Shown in pieces: positions 36,488 to 49,574 of a stretch of DNA of 64,000 bases. The notes under the pieces are model-generated. The model was given only the letters and a program-made list of their open reading frames with translations. It had not been told where the DNA came from and did not search any database. The stretch is from Centroscyllium fabricii (lineage: Eukaryota). Location of the stretch: the NCBI GenBank assembly GCA_051313645.2, contig JBNRSN020000002.1, forward strand, positions 232,314,001-232,378,000, read 5' to 3'. The position numbers and the translations under genes were made by a program. How positions within the stretch are numbered: position 1 is the stretch's first letter; every line of letters starts with the position of its first letter.

Positions 36488-38396
36488 TGTAACGGTCGGG
36501 GTGCGGGGCCCAAATGCAATGACACTGAGAGAACGGTCTAGATCCTAAATCCTTTTAATATACAAAACATGTTATAAAAAGACATACATATCAAAACACT
36601 AGTCTTTGCTAAAGACAGGCACAAACCTTACAGAGATTATTAAAACCCTCAAGACACACATAATAGAGTATCTAAAATACAGAAAGGGCCTAAATAATAA
36701 GAGGAAGTGAAAAGTCCAAATAATGAAGGCAGATGATGCAACAATGTCCTGACCTCTGGAACACTCTTCCTAGAGTATCCCTATCTATGGTCTTTAGGTG
36801 GTCATCCTCAGAACCTCCAGAACAAAACGTTAAATAGGACCGAGGAACAGAGGGACCTGGGGGTACAGGTGCACAGCTCCCTGAAGGTTGCTGGACACGT
36901 TAACAAGGTAGTTAAGAAGGCATACGGAATTCTCGCCTTTATTAACCAGGGCATAGTATACAAAAGTAGGGAGGTAATGTTAAACTTGTATAACACACTG
37001 GTGAGACCTCAGCTGGAGTACTGTGTGCAGTTCTGGTCACCGCACTACAGGAAGGATGTGGCTGCCCTGGATTTGGTGCAGAGAAGGTTTACCAGGATGA
37101 TACCTGGTCTGGGGGACCTGTGCTACGAGGAAAGGCTGGACAGGCTGGGGTTGTTTGCCTTGGAGAAGAGAAGGTGGAGGGGTGACATGATTGAGGTGTA
37201 CAAGATCATGAGGGGACACGATAGGGTAGACAAAGGTGCATTGTTTCCCCTGGTGGGAGAGTCAAGCACTAGGGGACATAGATTCAAGATCAGGGGGGGG
37301 AGGTTTAGGGGGGAGGTAAGGAGAAATTTCTTTACCCAGAGGGTGGTGGAAGACTGGAACTCCCTGCCTGTGAGGGTGGTGGAGGCAGGAACCATCACAA
37401 CATTTAAAAAATACTTGGACCAGCACATGAAGGACCATAACATACAGGGTTATGGGCCAGGTGCGGGCAACTGGGGTTAGTACAGTGAGGAGTTTTTCTG
37501 GGCCGGTGCGGACTGGATGGGCCGAATGGCCCTTATCCGCACTGTAAAATTTCTATGATTCTATGATTCTATGAACTCAACCAAGAGCAAACCGGATATC
37601 CAAAAGGGCCTCATTGTCACTGGAAAGAAAGATGATTACAACAATGTCCTGACCTCTGGAACACTCTTCCTAGAGTATCCCTATCTATGGTCTTTAGGTG
37701 GTCATCCTCAGAACCTCCAGAACTCAACCAAGAGCAAACCGGATATCCAAAGGGCCTCATTGTCGTGGAATGAAATATGATAGCAACAATGTCCTGACCT
37801 CTGGAACACTCTTCCTAGAGTATCCCTATCTATGGTCTTTGGGTGGTCATCCTCAGAACTTCCAGAACTCAACCAAGAGCAAACTGGATATCCAAAGGGC
37901 CTCATTGCCACTGGAAAGAAGTAAGCAAAGTCCATGAAGTAATATTGAAAGTCCAAACCTGAAACAGGCGATGAAGCACAGTGTCCAGAATTTAGGGTAT
38001 AGAAACCCTCCAGAGTCCACTCATAAACTGGAACTCTCACTTCCAGAGTCTTGATCACCAGGAACTCACACTTCCAGAGTCTTCTGAGGAGGGAATCCAA
38101 AACCCAGCTCACTGTCTTCCACTGAAACTGCCAAGTGTTACATTGCTCCCATGCTTGAATGAAGAGCTCTCAAGGATCCAGCCACAGTCTGGTCAAAACC
38201 TCTAGCTTATAAGCCAAAACCGGCAAGCAGATAATTTGGTGTTAACCAACCAGCTGCAGGCACTGACAACTAGAACACACAGGAATGAGAACAACTAATT
38301 GAGGTACAATTTAACAATACTTAAGAACAAAACCAAGATACAAAGATGGATACCTTAAAGGGGTATGCACCTTAAAGGGGTATGCCAACTGTGACA
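36488..38396 (-). mobile_element. Long solo LTR with an internal ~146-bp tandem array, inserted in Gypsy-C
   Basis: TGTAAC...TGTGACA ends; 5-bp TSD GCCAC at 36483-36487 and 38397-38401; ends similar to 55311-56237. Confidence 0.85.
36824..37573 (+). mobile_element. CR1 LINE 3' fragment
   Basis: ORF2 C-terminus LVRPQLEYCVQFWSP...RGH...FFTQRVV..WN; (ATTCTATG)n tail; splits a repeat unit of the solo LTR. Confidence 0.93.
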
Positions 38397-41300
38397 GCCA
38401 CACCGGGGCCACAAACACCTACTCGGCACTCCTGGCTGAATTACTGGCCCTCACCAACCCGACCTTCACCGCCAAGGTCGCCAAGCACGGAGTGGAACAT
38501 TTCATCCCCACCACCGGCCCACCGGTGCACGCCCACGCCCGCAGGCTTGACCCAGCCAAGTTGGAGGTCGCGCAGAATGAGTTCACCACCATGGAGCAAC
38601 TCGGCATCATCGGCCGCTCCAACAGCCCTTGGGCCTCACCGATCCACATCGCCCCCAAGCCCGATGGGGGCTGGCGCCCCTCCGGGGATTAACGCCGCCT
38701 CAACGATGCCACCACGCCGGATTGGTACCCAGTGCCGCTTTTCCAGGACTTTTTGGCCAGACTGGCCGGTTGCTCAGTCTTCTTCAAAGTTGACCTGGTG
38801 CGCGGCTAACATCAAGTCCCCGTCCACGCCGCCGACATCCCCAAGACAGCAGTCATCACCCCATTCAGGCTGTTCGAGTTCCTGCGGATGCCCTTCAGCC
38901 TCAAAAATGCAGCACAGGCGTTCCAGCGGCTCATGGACTCAGTTCTACGGGACCTGAATTTCCTGTTCATCTACCTGGACGACATCCTGGTAGCCAGTTC
39001 CTCCAAGCAGGAGCACCTCGTACACCACAGAGCCCTGCTCCAGTGCCTCAACAAACACGGCCTCATCCTCATCCCAGCCAAATGCCAGTTCGGTCTCGAC
39101 CAGATCGACTTCCTCGGCCACCGCATAACCCAGGCCGGGGCCATTCCCCTGCCCACCAAGGTGCAGGCCGTCCAGCAATTCCCCCGGCCCACCACCGTCA
39201 AGGGCCTCCAAGAGTTCCTCGGATTGGTGAAATGTTACAACCGCTTTCTCCCCAAAGCGGCATTCCGCATGGCCCCCCTCTACCAAGGCCTCCGCGGTAA
39301 GAGCAGCAAAATGGCGGTCGACTGGACGCCGCAAACCTCCGCCTCCTTCAACTCCACCAAGTCTGCACTTGCTAACGCCAACCTGCTGGCACAACCGCGG
39401 CCCAACGCCAAGGTGACGCTCACCACAGACGCCTCCGATTACGCAGTCAGTGCCGTGTATGAGCAGTGGGTCGACGGCGCCTGGCAGCCCCTCGCCTTCT
39501 TCAGCTGCCATCTGCACCCCGCAGAGGTGAAATACAGCACCTTCGACTGCAAGCTCCTCGCCCTGTAACTGGCGGTCAGCCATTTTCAATTTTTGCTGGA
39601 GGGCCACCCCTTCACCGCGTTTGTCGACCAAAAACCCTTGGCATTCGCGTTGGCAAAGGCAGCCGAACCCTGGTCTGTCAGACAGCAGTGCCAGCTTGCG
39701 GCCATGTCTGAATTAACCACCGACATCCAACATGTCTCCGGCCGGGACAACGTGGTAGCCGACTGCCTCTCCTGCACAACCATCAATGCCACACACCTGG
39801 CAGTCGACGACGCCCAACTCGCAGCAGACCAGACCACAGACCTGGACCTGCTCTCCGCGCCCACCACCCTACCCAGCCTGCGCTTGGCCACCGTCGCCTG
39901 TGGCCCCACCGCCACTAATGTCACATGCGACGTTACCCTGCCACAACTCCGGCCCGTCATCCCAGCACCCTGGCGCAGGTGCGTAGTCGACGCACTCCAC
40001 AACGTCTTCCACCCGGGCGCCCGCGCATCCATAAAATTGGTAGCCAGCCGCTTCCTCTGGCGTTGCCTTAGCAAAGATGTGCGTACTTGGGCCAACTCCT
40101 GCACGGCCTGCCAGCGGGCCAAGGTGCACCAGCACACAAAAGCACCCCTCGGACAGATTGACGTCCCCGCACGAAGATTCGACCACATCCATGTGGATAT
40201 CGTGGGACCCCTGCCACCTTCACAGGGCCACACCCACTTGCTCACCATCGTGGACTGCAGCACTCGCTGGCCCGAGGCAATAACACTGGCCTCCACCACC
40301 ACAGCGGACATCGCCAGAGCCTTCACTGACACGTGGGTCGCCCGATTCGGCGTGCCCGCCAACATCACATCCGACAGAGGACCCCAGTTCACTTCAGCAC
40401 TGTGGACTGCCGTTGCCAACAACCTCGGGGTTACCTTACACCGCACCACGGCATACCACCCACAAGCCAACGGTCTGTGTGAACGCTTCCACAGGTCCAT
40501 GAAAGCTTCTCTACAGGCCAGCCTCACGGACAACTCCTGGACTGACCGCCTCCCATGGGTCTTACTCGGCCACCGATCCGCGGTCAAAGAGGACATCCAC
40601 ACATCGGCGGCGGAGCTTGTCTACGGCCAACCGCTGCGCGTAGCCGGCGAGTTCCTGGCCACCGCCACAATGCCCTGGTCAGCTGACCAGCAACACCTCG
40701 ACTTCGCTGCTTCAGCGCAACAGTTTGCCCCGGTGCCCGTGTCCTGTCACGGCTAAACAACCTCGCATGTCCCACTTGGCCTGCACCAAGCGCTGTTCGT
40801 CTTCATCCGCCATGATGCACACTGCGGGCCTCTGCGGCCTCCGTACGACGGGCCCTACAAGGTGCTTCGGGCGGGGGACAAGTTTTTCCACCTACAGGTG
40901 GGTAACAGAACTGAAACTGTGTCGATCGACAGACTCAAGCCGGCGCACACTGAGCCCGGCGAAACCACACTAGTTGCCCACCCACCGCCGCGAGGTCGAC
41001 CTGCCGGCCAGCCAGCTAGCCCGGCCACGACTCGTCAACTGACACCAGCCAAGAGCCGCTCCGGCCGACCCATCAGACCGCCGCAATGACTCGTCCATTC
41101 CTCCTAAACAGATTCTGGGGGGAGCTCTGTGGCGGATCGCCACACACCGACGAACCTGCCGGACTCACGGACTCCAGGCACTGGCCCAAGGCGCACTGCT
41201 CCCTCGAGGCCGGTGTTGATGCGCCGACGTCACATCAAGAAGTCCCCGCGCATGCGCACAATGCGCCCGATGCGCAAACATGCTCAAACGCGTCGACGTC

Positions 41301-41818
41301 ATCATGCACAAATGTGATGATGTCAAGACGTCCCGAGAGGACTATATATTCAAGCGCAAGGGCGCGAAATGCTCTCTCTGTAATGTAGTTTAATAAACTA
41401 AGTTGTATGCTGCTACCCGGTCTCGGAAGTTTCTTTCGCCCACTAGCGAACTTAACAGGCTAGAAATTCATTATAACCAAGAAATGAGCAGTGTTTAGAC
41501 TAAAAAAGATATAGCTGCACCACCTGAAAATCATCTAAGATTCACGCTAAATTCATACTAACTCCTCAGTAAAATGATTGTGGTCATGATTCTAGTCGTA
41601 AACCTCAAGCTCATTGGCATTACACTGAAAAGCTGGACTAATATCTGGATAGTCCAATTGCAAGTCATGATTCCTGATACTCTAGGCAGCATTCCTCCCT
41701 CAGCAAACACCACCAAAAATGATAATTACTGTAATTAGTCATTCATCTCACTTACATTTGTGTGAACATGTGTCACCAAATGTGGGGGGAAAATAGCAGC
41801 CAAGTAGGTAAGTTTACC

Positions 41819-42556
41819 ACAATTCACAATTCACAATTCAAATAGCTTTATTGGCATGAATGGTATCAGCCGTTGTTGCCAAAGCATTGTAACATACATA
41901 AAAAATATTACATTAGTAGAGCATTGTAACATACATAAAAATAATACATTAGTAGACGTAATACATAGAATAATACATTAGTAGACGTATTGACAACCGT
42001 ACATTAGTTACGCACATATGTACATTTATACCCGCATATAGAGCTTGTATGCTCATCCTAGCTTCAATGGTCACTGGTTGTCCCTCTGCTTATGGCAAGC
42101 TGTGACGTAGTTTGCCGCTAGTTTTACACATTCCCTCTGTTCCCCTAATAGGTATGGGAGTTTCTGGTGGTCGGTCAAATTTTTGAATTCAGGGCATGTT
42201 GTTGCAAATTTTGGGAAGAAATTTCCCCTTATTCCCTGATAATTTTCGCAAGTTGTGAGGAAGTGCAGCTCTGTCTCCACCACTCCCTGACTGCAGTGGG
42301 AGCACAGCCTTTCCTCTCTGGGCAGCCAAGTCTTTCTGTGTCTGCCTTTTTCGATGGCTAGGCTGTGCTCGCAAAGTCTGTACATTGTCAGAGTTTTTCT
42401 CAGTTTGCTATCTTTCACCATGGACAGGTAGTCCGCCATGGTGTACTGTCTGTTTAGGGCCAAATAACAATCTAGTTTGTTTTGGGTTTTTGTCGTTTCT
42501 GTCCAGTAGTTCAGGTATTTTTCTTTTTGTTTAGTAATAATTGTGTCAACCCAACA
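41819..42556 (-). mobile_element. Non-LTR retrotransposon 3' fragment with C-terminal CCHC (RTEX-like)
   Basis: HSLAIEKGRH...ERLCSHC...ETELHFLTTC; AATAAA and (TGAATTG)n tail; clade assignment tentative. Confidence 0.75.
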
Positions 42557-43209
42557 TTCCTCAAATTCTCTGGGGATCTTCCAGGTTACCACCCATAACT
42601 CGGGCAAGATACTGGTGGAAACCCTGTGGAATTTCAAAACTAACATCACCACTTCATTTCCAGATAATTCAATAGATTTGGAATACTTAGAAACATTTCT
42701 GTGAGACTTGAGGCGTGACATGATTAGGTACTGCATGAATGTAAGTCTCCTTTAATTACATCCCTTAATGCTCAAACTCAAACTTAAAAATCATTACAAG
42801 CAAAGCTTAAGGAGGTAAAATTGGGTTGCTTTACGCCTCACATTAGCACCCCTGGGGGGCACTAATGGGGTGCAAAGCACCTGGGCACGGCGCCGCTAAC
42901 ACCTCCCATGAAATTCAGTGGGGGTTAACAGCGGCCGAAGCCAGTAGCGCCCTGCGTGCTGCGCATCCGGTGATGATGTCATCGCCATGTGCAACGCCCC
43001 ACTCATGCCCCAGCCAAAAACTTCAGATGCGCTCCCTGAATTATCGCTGGACGAACTGCCCGAAAGGGTCAGGGTGACGTTTTTGCAGCCACGGCGGCAG
43101 AAGTTAAAGAGCAGGTGTCGTGCAGCCATTTTTTATTTGGCCACCTGCCAGCACCTGCCCCCTTCCCCTTTTTCATTCGGGGAGCCGGCTGTGATCGCTC
43201 AGCCCAGCA

Positions 43210-43472
43210 CATAGAAACATAGAAACATAGAAGATAGGAGCAGGAGTAGGCCATTCGGCCCTTCGAGCCTGCTCCGCCATTCAATGAGATCATGGCTGAT
43301 CATCCAAACCCAGCACCCTGTCCCTGCCATCTCCCCATATCCCTCGATCCCCATCGAGCCTGCACCGACACATATCCCACCCCATCCCCGCAACCCCACA
43401 TATTCAATCCCCCTCACACTAAGGGTCAGTTTATCATGGCCAATCAACCTAACCCGCACTTTTTTGGACTGT
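43210..43472 (-). mobile_element. 5'-truncated HE1-like V-SINE
   Basis: Reverse complement of the 3' half of 3640-4050. Confidence 0.9.
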
Positions 43473-43710
43473 CCCCAGTCCCCAGTGGTCCAGCAGGGCC
43501 CCGGTACACGCAGCACTAGGCCCCTCCCCATTATTCATGGGACGGAGGTTTATAATACTGCTACACTACGTGCCGACGCGCAAGGGGCAGCTGCACATAG
43601 CACAGCGATATTCACTTGCAGTGCCCCAGGAGGGAGGGGGAGCGCTTCCAGTAGCGCACCGCCTCCTGCTTGGGGCACTATCACTTAATTTACGGTGCAG
43701 GGGTGCTAAC

Positions 43711-45305
43711 TTCAATTCAATTCAATTCAAGTTTTATTGTCATTGCAGAGTACTAGTACAATACAATGAGACGAAGACTCGCCGCTCCCGAGAGTAGTGC
43801 AAATAAATTACATGCAAATTGCATGCAGTAAAGTAAATTTCAGGTGTGCAGGTACTGGAGGTTTTTTTTAGAGTTCAGGAGGCTGACAGCCCTGGGGAAG
43901 AAGCTGTTCTTAAATCTAGTCAGCGGGTGCAAATTGACCTGTAGCGTCTCCCGGAGAGCAGGGGGGCGAACAGACTGTGGCTGGGGTGTGTGGGGTCTTT
44001 AATAATGTTCAGAGACCTCCGTAGGCAGTGTTTGAGGTAGATGCTTTCAATTGACGGTAGCTGGGTACCGGTGATTCGTTGGGCAGTTTTGACTACCCGC
44101 TGCAGGGCCTTCCGGTCCGAGATGGTGCAATTTCCATACCAGACTGTGATGCAGCTTGTCAGTATGCTTTCAATTGTGCAGTGGTAGAAGTTGGAGAGGA
44201 TGCCGGATGACAGCCTGGCTTTTTTCAGCTTCCTTAGGAAGTACAGGCGCTGTTGGGCCTTCTTAACCAGAGAGGAGGTGTTTAGTGACCAGGAGAGGTC
44301 TTCCGAGATGTGGACCCCGAGGAACTTGAAGCTGGACACCCTTTCCACCTCAGCCCCTTGGATGAAGATGGGGGTGTGTCTTCTGCTTTCAGTCCTCTGG
44401 AAGTCCACTATGATCTCCTTAGTTTTCTTGGTGTTCAGTGCCAGGTTGTTGTCAGCACACCATCCCACAAGGCGCTGGATCTCATCCCTGTAGGCTGACT
44501 CATCATTGTTGGTGATCTGGCCAACCACCTTGATGTCGTCCGCAAACATGATGATCGTGTTGGAGCCATGGACAGCCGCACAGTCGTGAGTGAAGAGGGA
44601 GTAGAGGAGGGGGCTCAGCACACAGCCTTGTGGAGCCCCCGTGTTCAGGGTAAGTGCGGGGGAGGTGAGGTTGCCTAACTTCACAGACTGTGGTCTGTTG
44701 GTTAGGAAGTCCAGGGTCCAGTTGCAGAGGGAGGTGTTCAGGCCGAGGGTGAGGAGTTTGGTAGACAACTTGCCGGGGACGATGGTGTTGAATGCTGAGC
44801 TGTAGTCAATAAACAGCATTCTGATATACGTATCTTTGCTATCCAGGTGGTTTAGTGCAGAGTGAAGAGCCGTAGTGATAGCATCTTCCGTTGATCTGTT
44901 TCCTCGGTAGCGAACTGGAATTGGTCCAGTGCGGCGGAGACGCTGGCTTTGATGTGGGCCAGGACCAGCCGCTCGAAACACTTCATGATTATGGGTGTAA
45001 GTGCGACAGGGCGATAGTCGTTCAGGCACGTCACGGCCATTTTCTTGGGCACAGGGATGATGGTGGCGGTCGTGAAGCAGGTAGGGACAGCTGCCTTCAC
45101 CAGTGACAGGTTGAAGATGTCGGTGAAGACTTCAGCCAGTTGGTCAGCACAGTCTTTGAGTGCCCGATCGGGGATGACATCAGGACCTGCGGCCTTCCGT
45201 GCGTTCACTCCACGTAGAGCACCTCTTACGTCGGAGGAGGACAGTGTTAATGGCTGGTCTTCCGGAGATTGCAAGACTTTGGTGGCTGGCTCCGTGTTGT
45301 CAAAC
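43711..45305 (-). mobile_element. Rex1/Babar LINE fragment
   Basis: RT: [31 protein letters not shown]; AATAAA plus (TTGAA)n tail. Confidence 0.9.
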
Positions 45306-45624
45306 TTGTTTGAAGCGCTAAAAGTAGTGTTGCGGTGAATTTAGCACCCCAAAGAGGCCGACACCAAATTTTTCCCCCCCATGTATATTAAAAATAAACA
45401 TTATTCTGTTTTACCAGTTGTTTTTGTTTTGCTTATTCCTAATCATAATATCACAAAAACAGCAAAATCTACTTCCCTACCATACAGGCATCATTGTTGG
45501 TTTGTCCTCGACAACACTACTGCTTAACCTACAGAGTCAAACATTAGGAATGTTGCTGGACGTTCCCTGCATATTTGTTCTTAACTTGACCCCTTCTTTT
45601 GTGTTGATTTGCAGTCCACCTTGT

Positions 45625-45786
45625 GGGGGTAATTTTGACTTTATGCAATAGTGTAAAACGGGTGAATTCAATGGAATCAACAGCCCATTTTACATAAAAT
45701 GGAAATAAATATTGGGTGCGATTAAAAGAGGTTGCTGATTCGCTATTGGTCATTTTACACTATCACACCAAGTCAAAAATTACCCC
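45625..45786. mobile_element. Short palindromic MITE
   Basis: GGGGTAATTTTGACT..ATAGTGTAAAA / TTTTACACTAT..AGTCAAAAATTACCCC. Confidence 0.75.
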
Positions 45787-45853
45787 ATCTCTCTGCTGTA
45801 CCCTCAATGTTCTTTATCACATTGCTAGCTGTTGATTTTCTCTCTCCCAACAG

Positions 45854-46058
45854 GCTACACAACTGATCACCACTGAAAGTGAGAACAGAAAGGAAATAGT
45901 TAACATAAAGAAAGTATTGCAGAAGCAGAAATCTGTCTTTCACTCAGTTAATGGAATCATGTAAGGGGCAATTTTCCAACTTTGCACTGGCAGAGGAAAG
46001 CCATTTATTGAAACAGTCGGAGGATCATACCCAAAGTTACAATATGAACTATCGGCAG
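45854..46058 (+). pseudogene. Candidate host exon (coiled-coil-like) with an apparent 1-nt frameshift
   Basis: Strong acceptor ttttctctctcccaacAG; donor CAG|GTGAGA; removing one T near 45939 gives a 68-codon phase 0-0 exon; gene not recognised. Confidence 0.45.
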
Positions 46059-47032
46059 GTGAGAATGCCCACTGGCAGTGGGTAGTCAGAAAATTACATC
46101 TGTGAAGTTGTTTTTCAAAAGAGCTTTTTGCAAAAGCCTTCAATTGATTCTTCAAAAACAAGTAGGATATAAATCATTGATGGAGTATTTTTTTTTTGAA
46201 GACTCGAGTATAAGGCACTTGTTCAAAATAACGAGAACTAAAAAGCGACAACAATAGTCAAATGCATTAAGTATATCAAGTGATTGCATTAAAAACTATC
46301 TAAAGAGATATGAAAATTACAAAAAAGCAGATGTTTATTAAAAATGTATAACTATAACAGACAAATTAACAGATGGCTTCAGTTTGATAATTCCCATTTG
46401 TAGTCAAAATCATTGACTTTTGCTGGAATAAATTACTGTACCAACAATTTTTTCTTGTTAAATTTAAGACTGAAAATACCCATGGAAGGCCATGTCAGTT
46501 AGACACAAATGCCTGCTGGTTGTGATGCTGATCTTTTTCCATTGCCAAGCAACCAAGTTGATCCAAAAGCAAATATTGTGCCAACGTGGCAATCACTCTG
46601 AACAGTCTCCTGCTTCTATCACATATCCTAAGGCTTGCGTCTTCCCACCCCACCTCACCCCCACAACTCCCCCCCCGCCATCCAAAAAAATGGAATTCAT
46701 CTCCGAGTGAATTTGGCCAAGAATTCCAACACAGGGGCTTCTGAACCCAAGACTGGAGTTCAACTGACCCTGACTGAATTTTAACTAGGACTTGATCAGG
46801 GAAAGCCTCAGCAGCTTTTCAACCAGCCTAAAGTAGGTCTGTAGCTGTTCTGAAGGCAGAGAGACGCTCCACGGCAAGTGCAAACCTTTCCTTTCAGGCA
46901 AGGATGAGCAGGAGTGCTCATGCAAGCCCCACAAGGAAAATGGCAGCTTCCCCTGCCTTTGACTTGCACCCCCAACCCCCCTTCCCTTCTGCAAGATGCT
47001 CCCAAAATCCCCTTCCTGCCACTTACCTGCAA

Positions 47033-47809
47033 ACTGCACAATTGAAAGCATACTGACAAGCTGCATCACAGTCTGGTATGGAAACTGTAACATCTCGGAC
47101 CGGAAGGCCCTGCAGCGGGTTGTCAAAACTGCCCAACGAATCACCAGCACCCAGCTACCGTCAATTGAATGCATCTACCTCAAACATTGCCTACGGAGGT
47201 CTCTGAACGTGGGCGGCACGGTGGCACAGTGGGTTTCCTCTGGGTGCTCCAGTTTCCTCCCACAGTCCAAAGATGTGCGGGTTAGGTTGATTGGCCATGA
47301 TAAATTGACCCTTAGTGTTAGGGGGATTGAATATGTGGGGTTACGGGGATAGGGTGGGATATGTGTTGGTGCAGGCTCGATGGGGATATGGGGAGAGGGC
47401 AGGGGCGGGGTGCTGGGCTTGGATGATCAGCCATGATCTCATTGAATGGCGGAGCAGGCTCGAAGGGCCGAATGGCCTACTCCTGCTCCTATCTTCTATG
47501 TTTCTATGTTTCTATGAACATTATTAAAGACCCCACACACCCCAGCCACAGTCTGTTCGCCCCCTTGCCCTCCGGGAAACGCTACAGATCAATTTGCACC
47601 CGCACGACTAGATTCAAGAACAGCTTCTTCCCCAGGGCTGTCAGCCTCCTGAACTCTAACAAAAAACTGCACACCTGAAATGTACCTTACTGTATGCAAT
47701 TGTATGTAAATTATTTGCACTACTCTCGGGAGCGGCAAGTCTTCATCTCGTTGCATTGTACTAGTGCTCTGCAATGACAATAAAACTTGAATTGAATTGA
47801 ATTGAATTG
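47033..47809 (+). mobile_element. Rex1/Babar 3' fragment interrupted by a SINE
   Basis: Very similar to the reverse complement of 43711-44185; (TTGAA)n tail. Confidence 0.9.
47211..47516 (+). mobile_element. HE1-like V-SINE with an internal deletion
   Basis: Head GGGCGGCACGGTGGCACAGT fused directly to GGGTTTCC; standard tail. Confidence 0.9.
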
Positions 47810-48647
47810 GTTATGGTCACTCAATCGTTCCTTTCCGGCAGCCACCCTGACCGTTCTTTCATCTGAAGTGGGGGCAGGAGGTCTACCGGCGGCATTTCAA
47901 TAAGGCCTGACAGTTATAAAAAAACTCCTTGAAACCCATACATTTGCATTACTGCAAACATTTTACAAAAATGGACATGAAATTTCATACAATTTGAAGT
48001 GTATTCAAGTTAAATAAAATGTATTATTTATAAAGCTTTGGTGGTAGTAGCATCACACACTATTACTTTTCCAATAACTACTTTTAATTGATTTAAAAAA
48101 ATCTATAATTAGCCCTCTGGCTAGTAATAAAACTGTCAAGTCGGTGTGGAAAACAGTTAATGCAAAACCTACCCTACACAGGGCAGGAACCGAGATATCC
48201 ATCTCCATGGCATCAAGTCTCAGATGATAACATTCTTGTACCCCAATGTCAACAGCACATGGGGTGCATTTTGTCTACTGACACTGATATCTTGCAGAAC
48301 TGATAGGGGGACAGAGTATTCACTCTGTCATTTCATGTAGAAATAAAGACAGTATAATGAAGCTTGTCAGTGCTTGGGGATAGTGCTGAAAGGCTGTCCT
48401 GCATGACTGCATTTGTTGTGCAGCTTCCTCCCTATAGTCCCCAAACCTGAGAAGTGCTCTGTAGAAATCTCTAATGATCCATGGAATGAATAGAGGCATC
48501 TTACAGAAAATTGTACATGTGTGAAATAATGCAAGTTGGCATCCTCTGTTATCGAACAAACACTTAAGCTTGTGGATATATTGAATAAGCTGAGGATCTT
48601 TCAAGATAGAGCAGTTGTCAAAAGAACGAAAAAAGGATATACACCAT

Positions 48648-49574
48648 GGGATCAATGTTTGTGGAACCGCCAGGCAGGTTTTTGGGCGGGCCTGTAGGGA
48701 AAATAGCTAAAACGGGGGTCCACGACCTCACCCGCCGGCTACCCGCCCGCTTGTCAGTTTCACCCAGCGGGTCCGATCGGCCCACCTCACTCCCACCCGG
48801 CATTAGCGGGGATGGTCGATAGGCTAATTAGGGGCCCTTAATTGGCATTGGTAATGCCATTTTAAGGGCCACTTGCTATTTTGAGCCTCTTCCCACACAA
48901 AACCCACCTGGTTGCAACACCGCCGTTGAAAGCTGGCAGACACACAATCAGCTCGGTGACTTCCATCCTCAAGGTATGGAAGAACCTGCCACTGAATGGC
49001 TTACTGCCCTCCAACATGTTGGAGGTCTACCTCCAACATGCTGGAGGTGCCCAAGATTAGAGTCCAAAGACCTTTAAATCACTTACCTGTCAGCTCCATC
49101 CCAATGGCTCACATAAGACGTGCTACGCAGCTGTCAGGAGCCTGCTGTGAATCAAAGCACTCAGATCTGTCAATCATCCATTGAGTGTTAGTTTCTGTTT
49201 ACATAGCATTGTTCTCTTTCAAACGACTGAAACCACAAACAAACAGACCAGACCTGTTACAGCTGTCACTCACCGAGTTGTGGTTACACTCTGTTTACAT
49301 TCCATTATGATGTCATAATGCCCTGAAACCACAGAAAGAAAAACTCCAGGCCACTTACATATGCCAATCACCAGCTCTGCTGTTTTTACACAGTGGAAAG
49401 CCCACCCGCATTCTGTGTAAAATTAATCAATTGCCAGGGGCTTCCCACACTCAGGAACTTAATTGGCTAATTAAACCAAAATTGTGTGGGCCTTCCACAC
49501 CCTTCAGAAAGTGGGAAGATAGAGTGATCAGTGGGAAAGCCACCCATTTTCCACAATTCAGGAAAATTGACCCC
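48648..49574. mobile_element. MITE, same family as 30330-31149
   Basis: GGGATCAATG.. / GGAAAATTGACCCC; AT flanks; collinear similarity with 30330-31149. Confidence 0.85.

Larger units (their letters stand above)
35055..41457 (+). mobile_element. Gypsy CsRn1-like element (Gypsy-C), degenerate, with nested insertions
   Basis: LTRs at 35055-35362 and 41128-41457; PBS TGGTGACCCCGACG (tRNA-Trp); PPT; LPEFWE gag, CDTG, YLDD and integrase; flanks GACT/GGCT. Confidence 0.93.
42811..45380. mobile_element. GC-rich MITE hosting a SINE and a Rex1 insertion
   Basis: Imperfect TIRs GGAGGTAAAATTGGGT / ACCAAATTTTTCCCCCC; internal TTAGCACCC inverted motifs. Confidence 0.55.

Noticed and set aside
36740-37920. 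CRISPR-like or hammerhead (retrozyme) reading of the LTR array
   Set aside because: Units are head-to-tail with no unique spacers and no cas genes; CUGAGGA is present on the minus strand but with no downstream GAAA or stem II.
48173-48458. Minus-strand exon with plausible splice sites
   Set aside because: All three frames contain stops.
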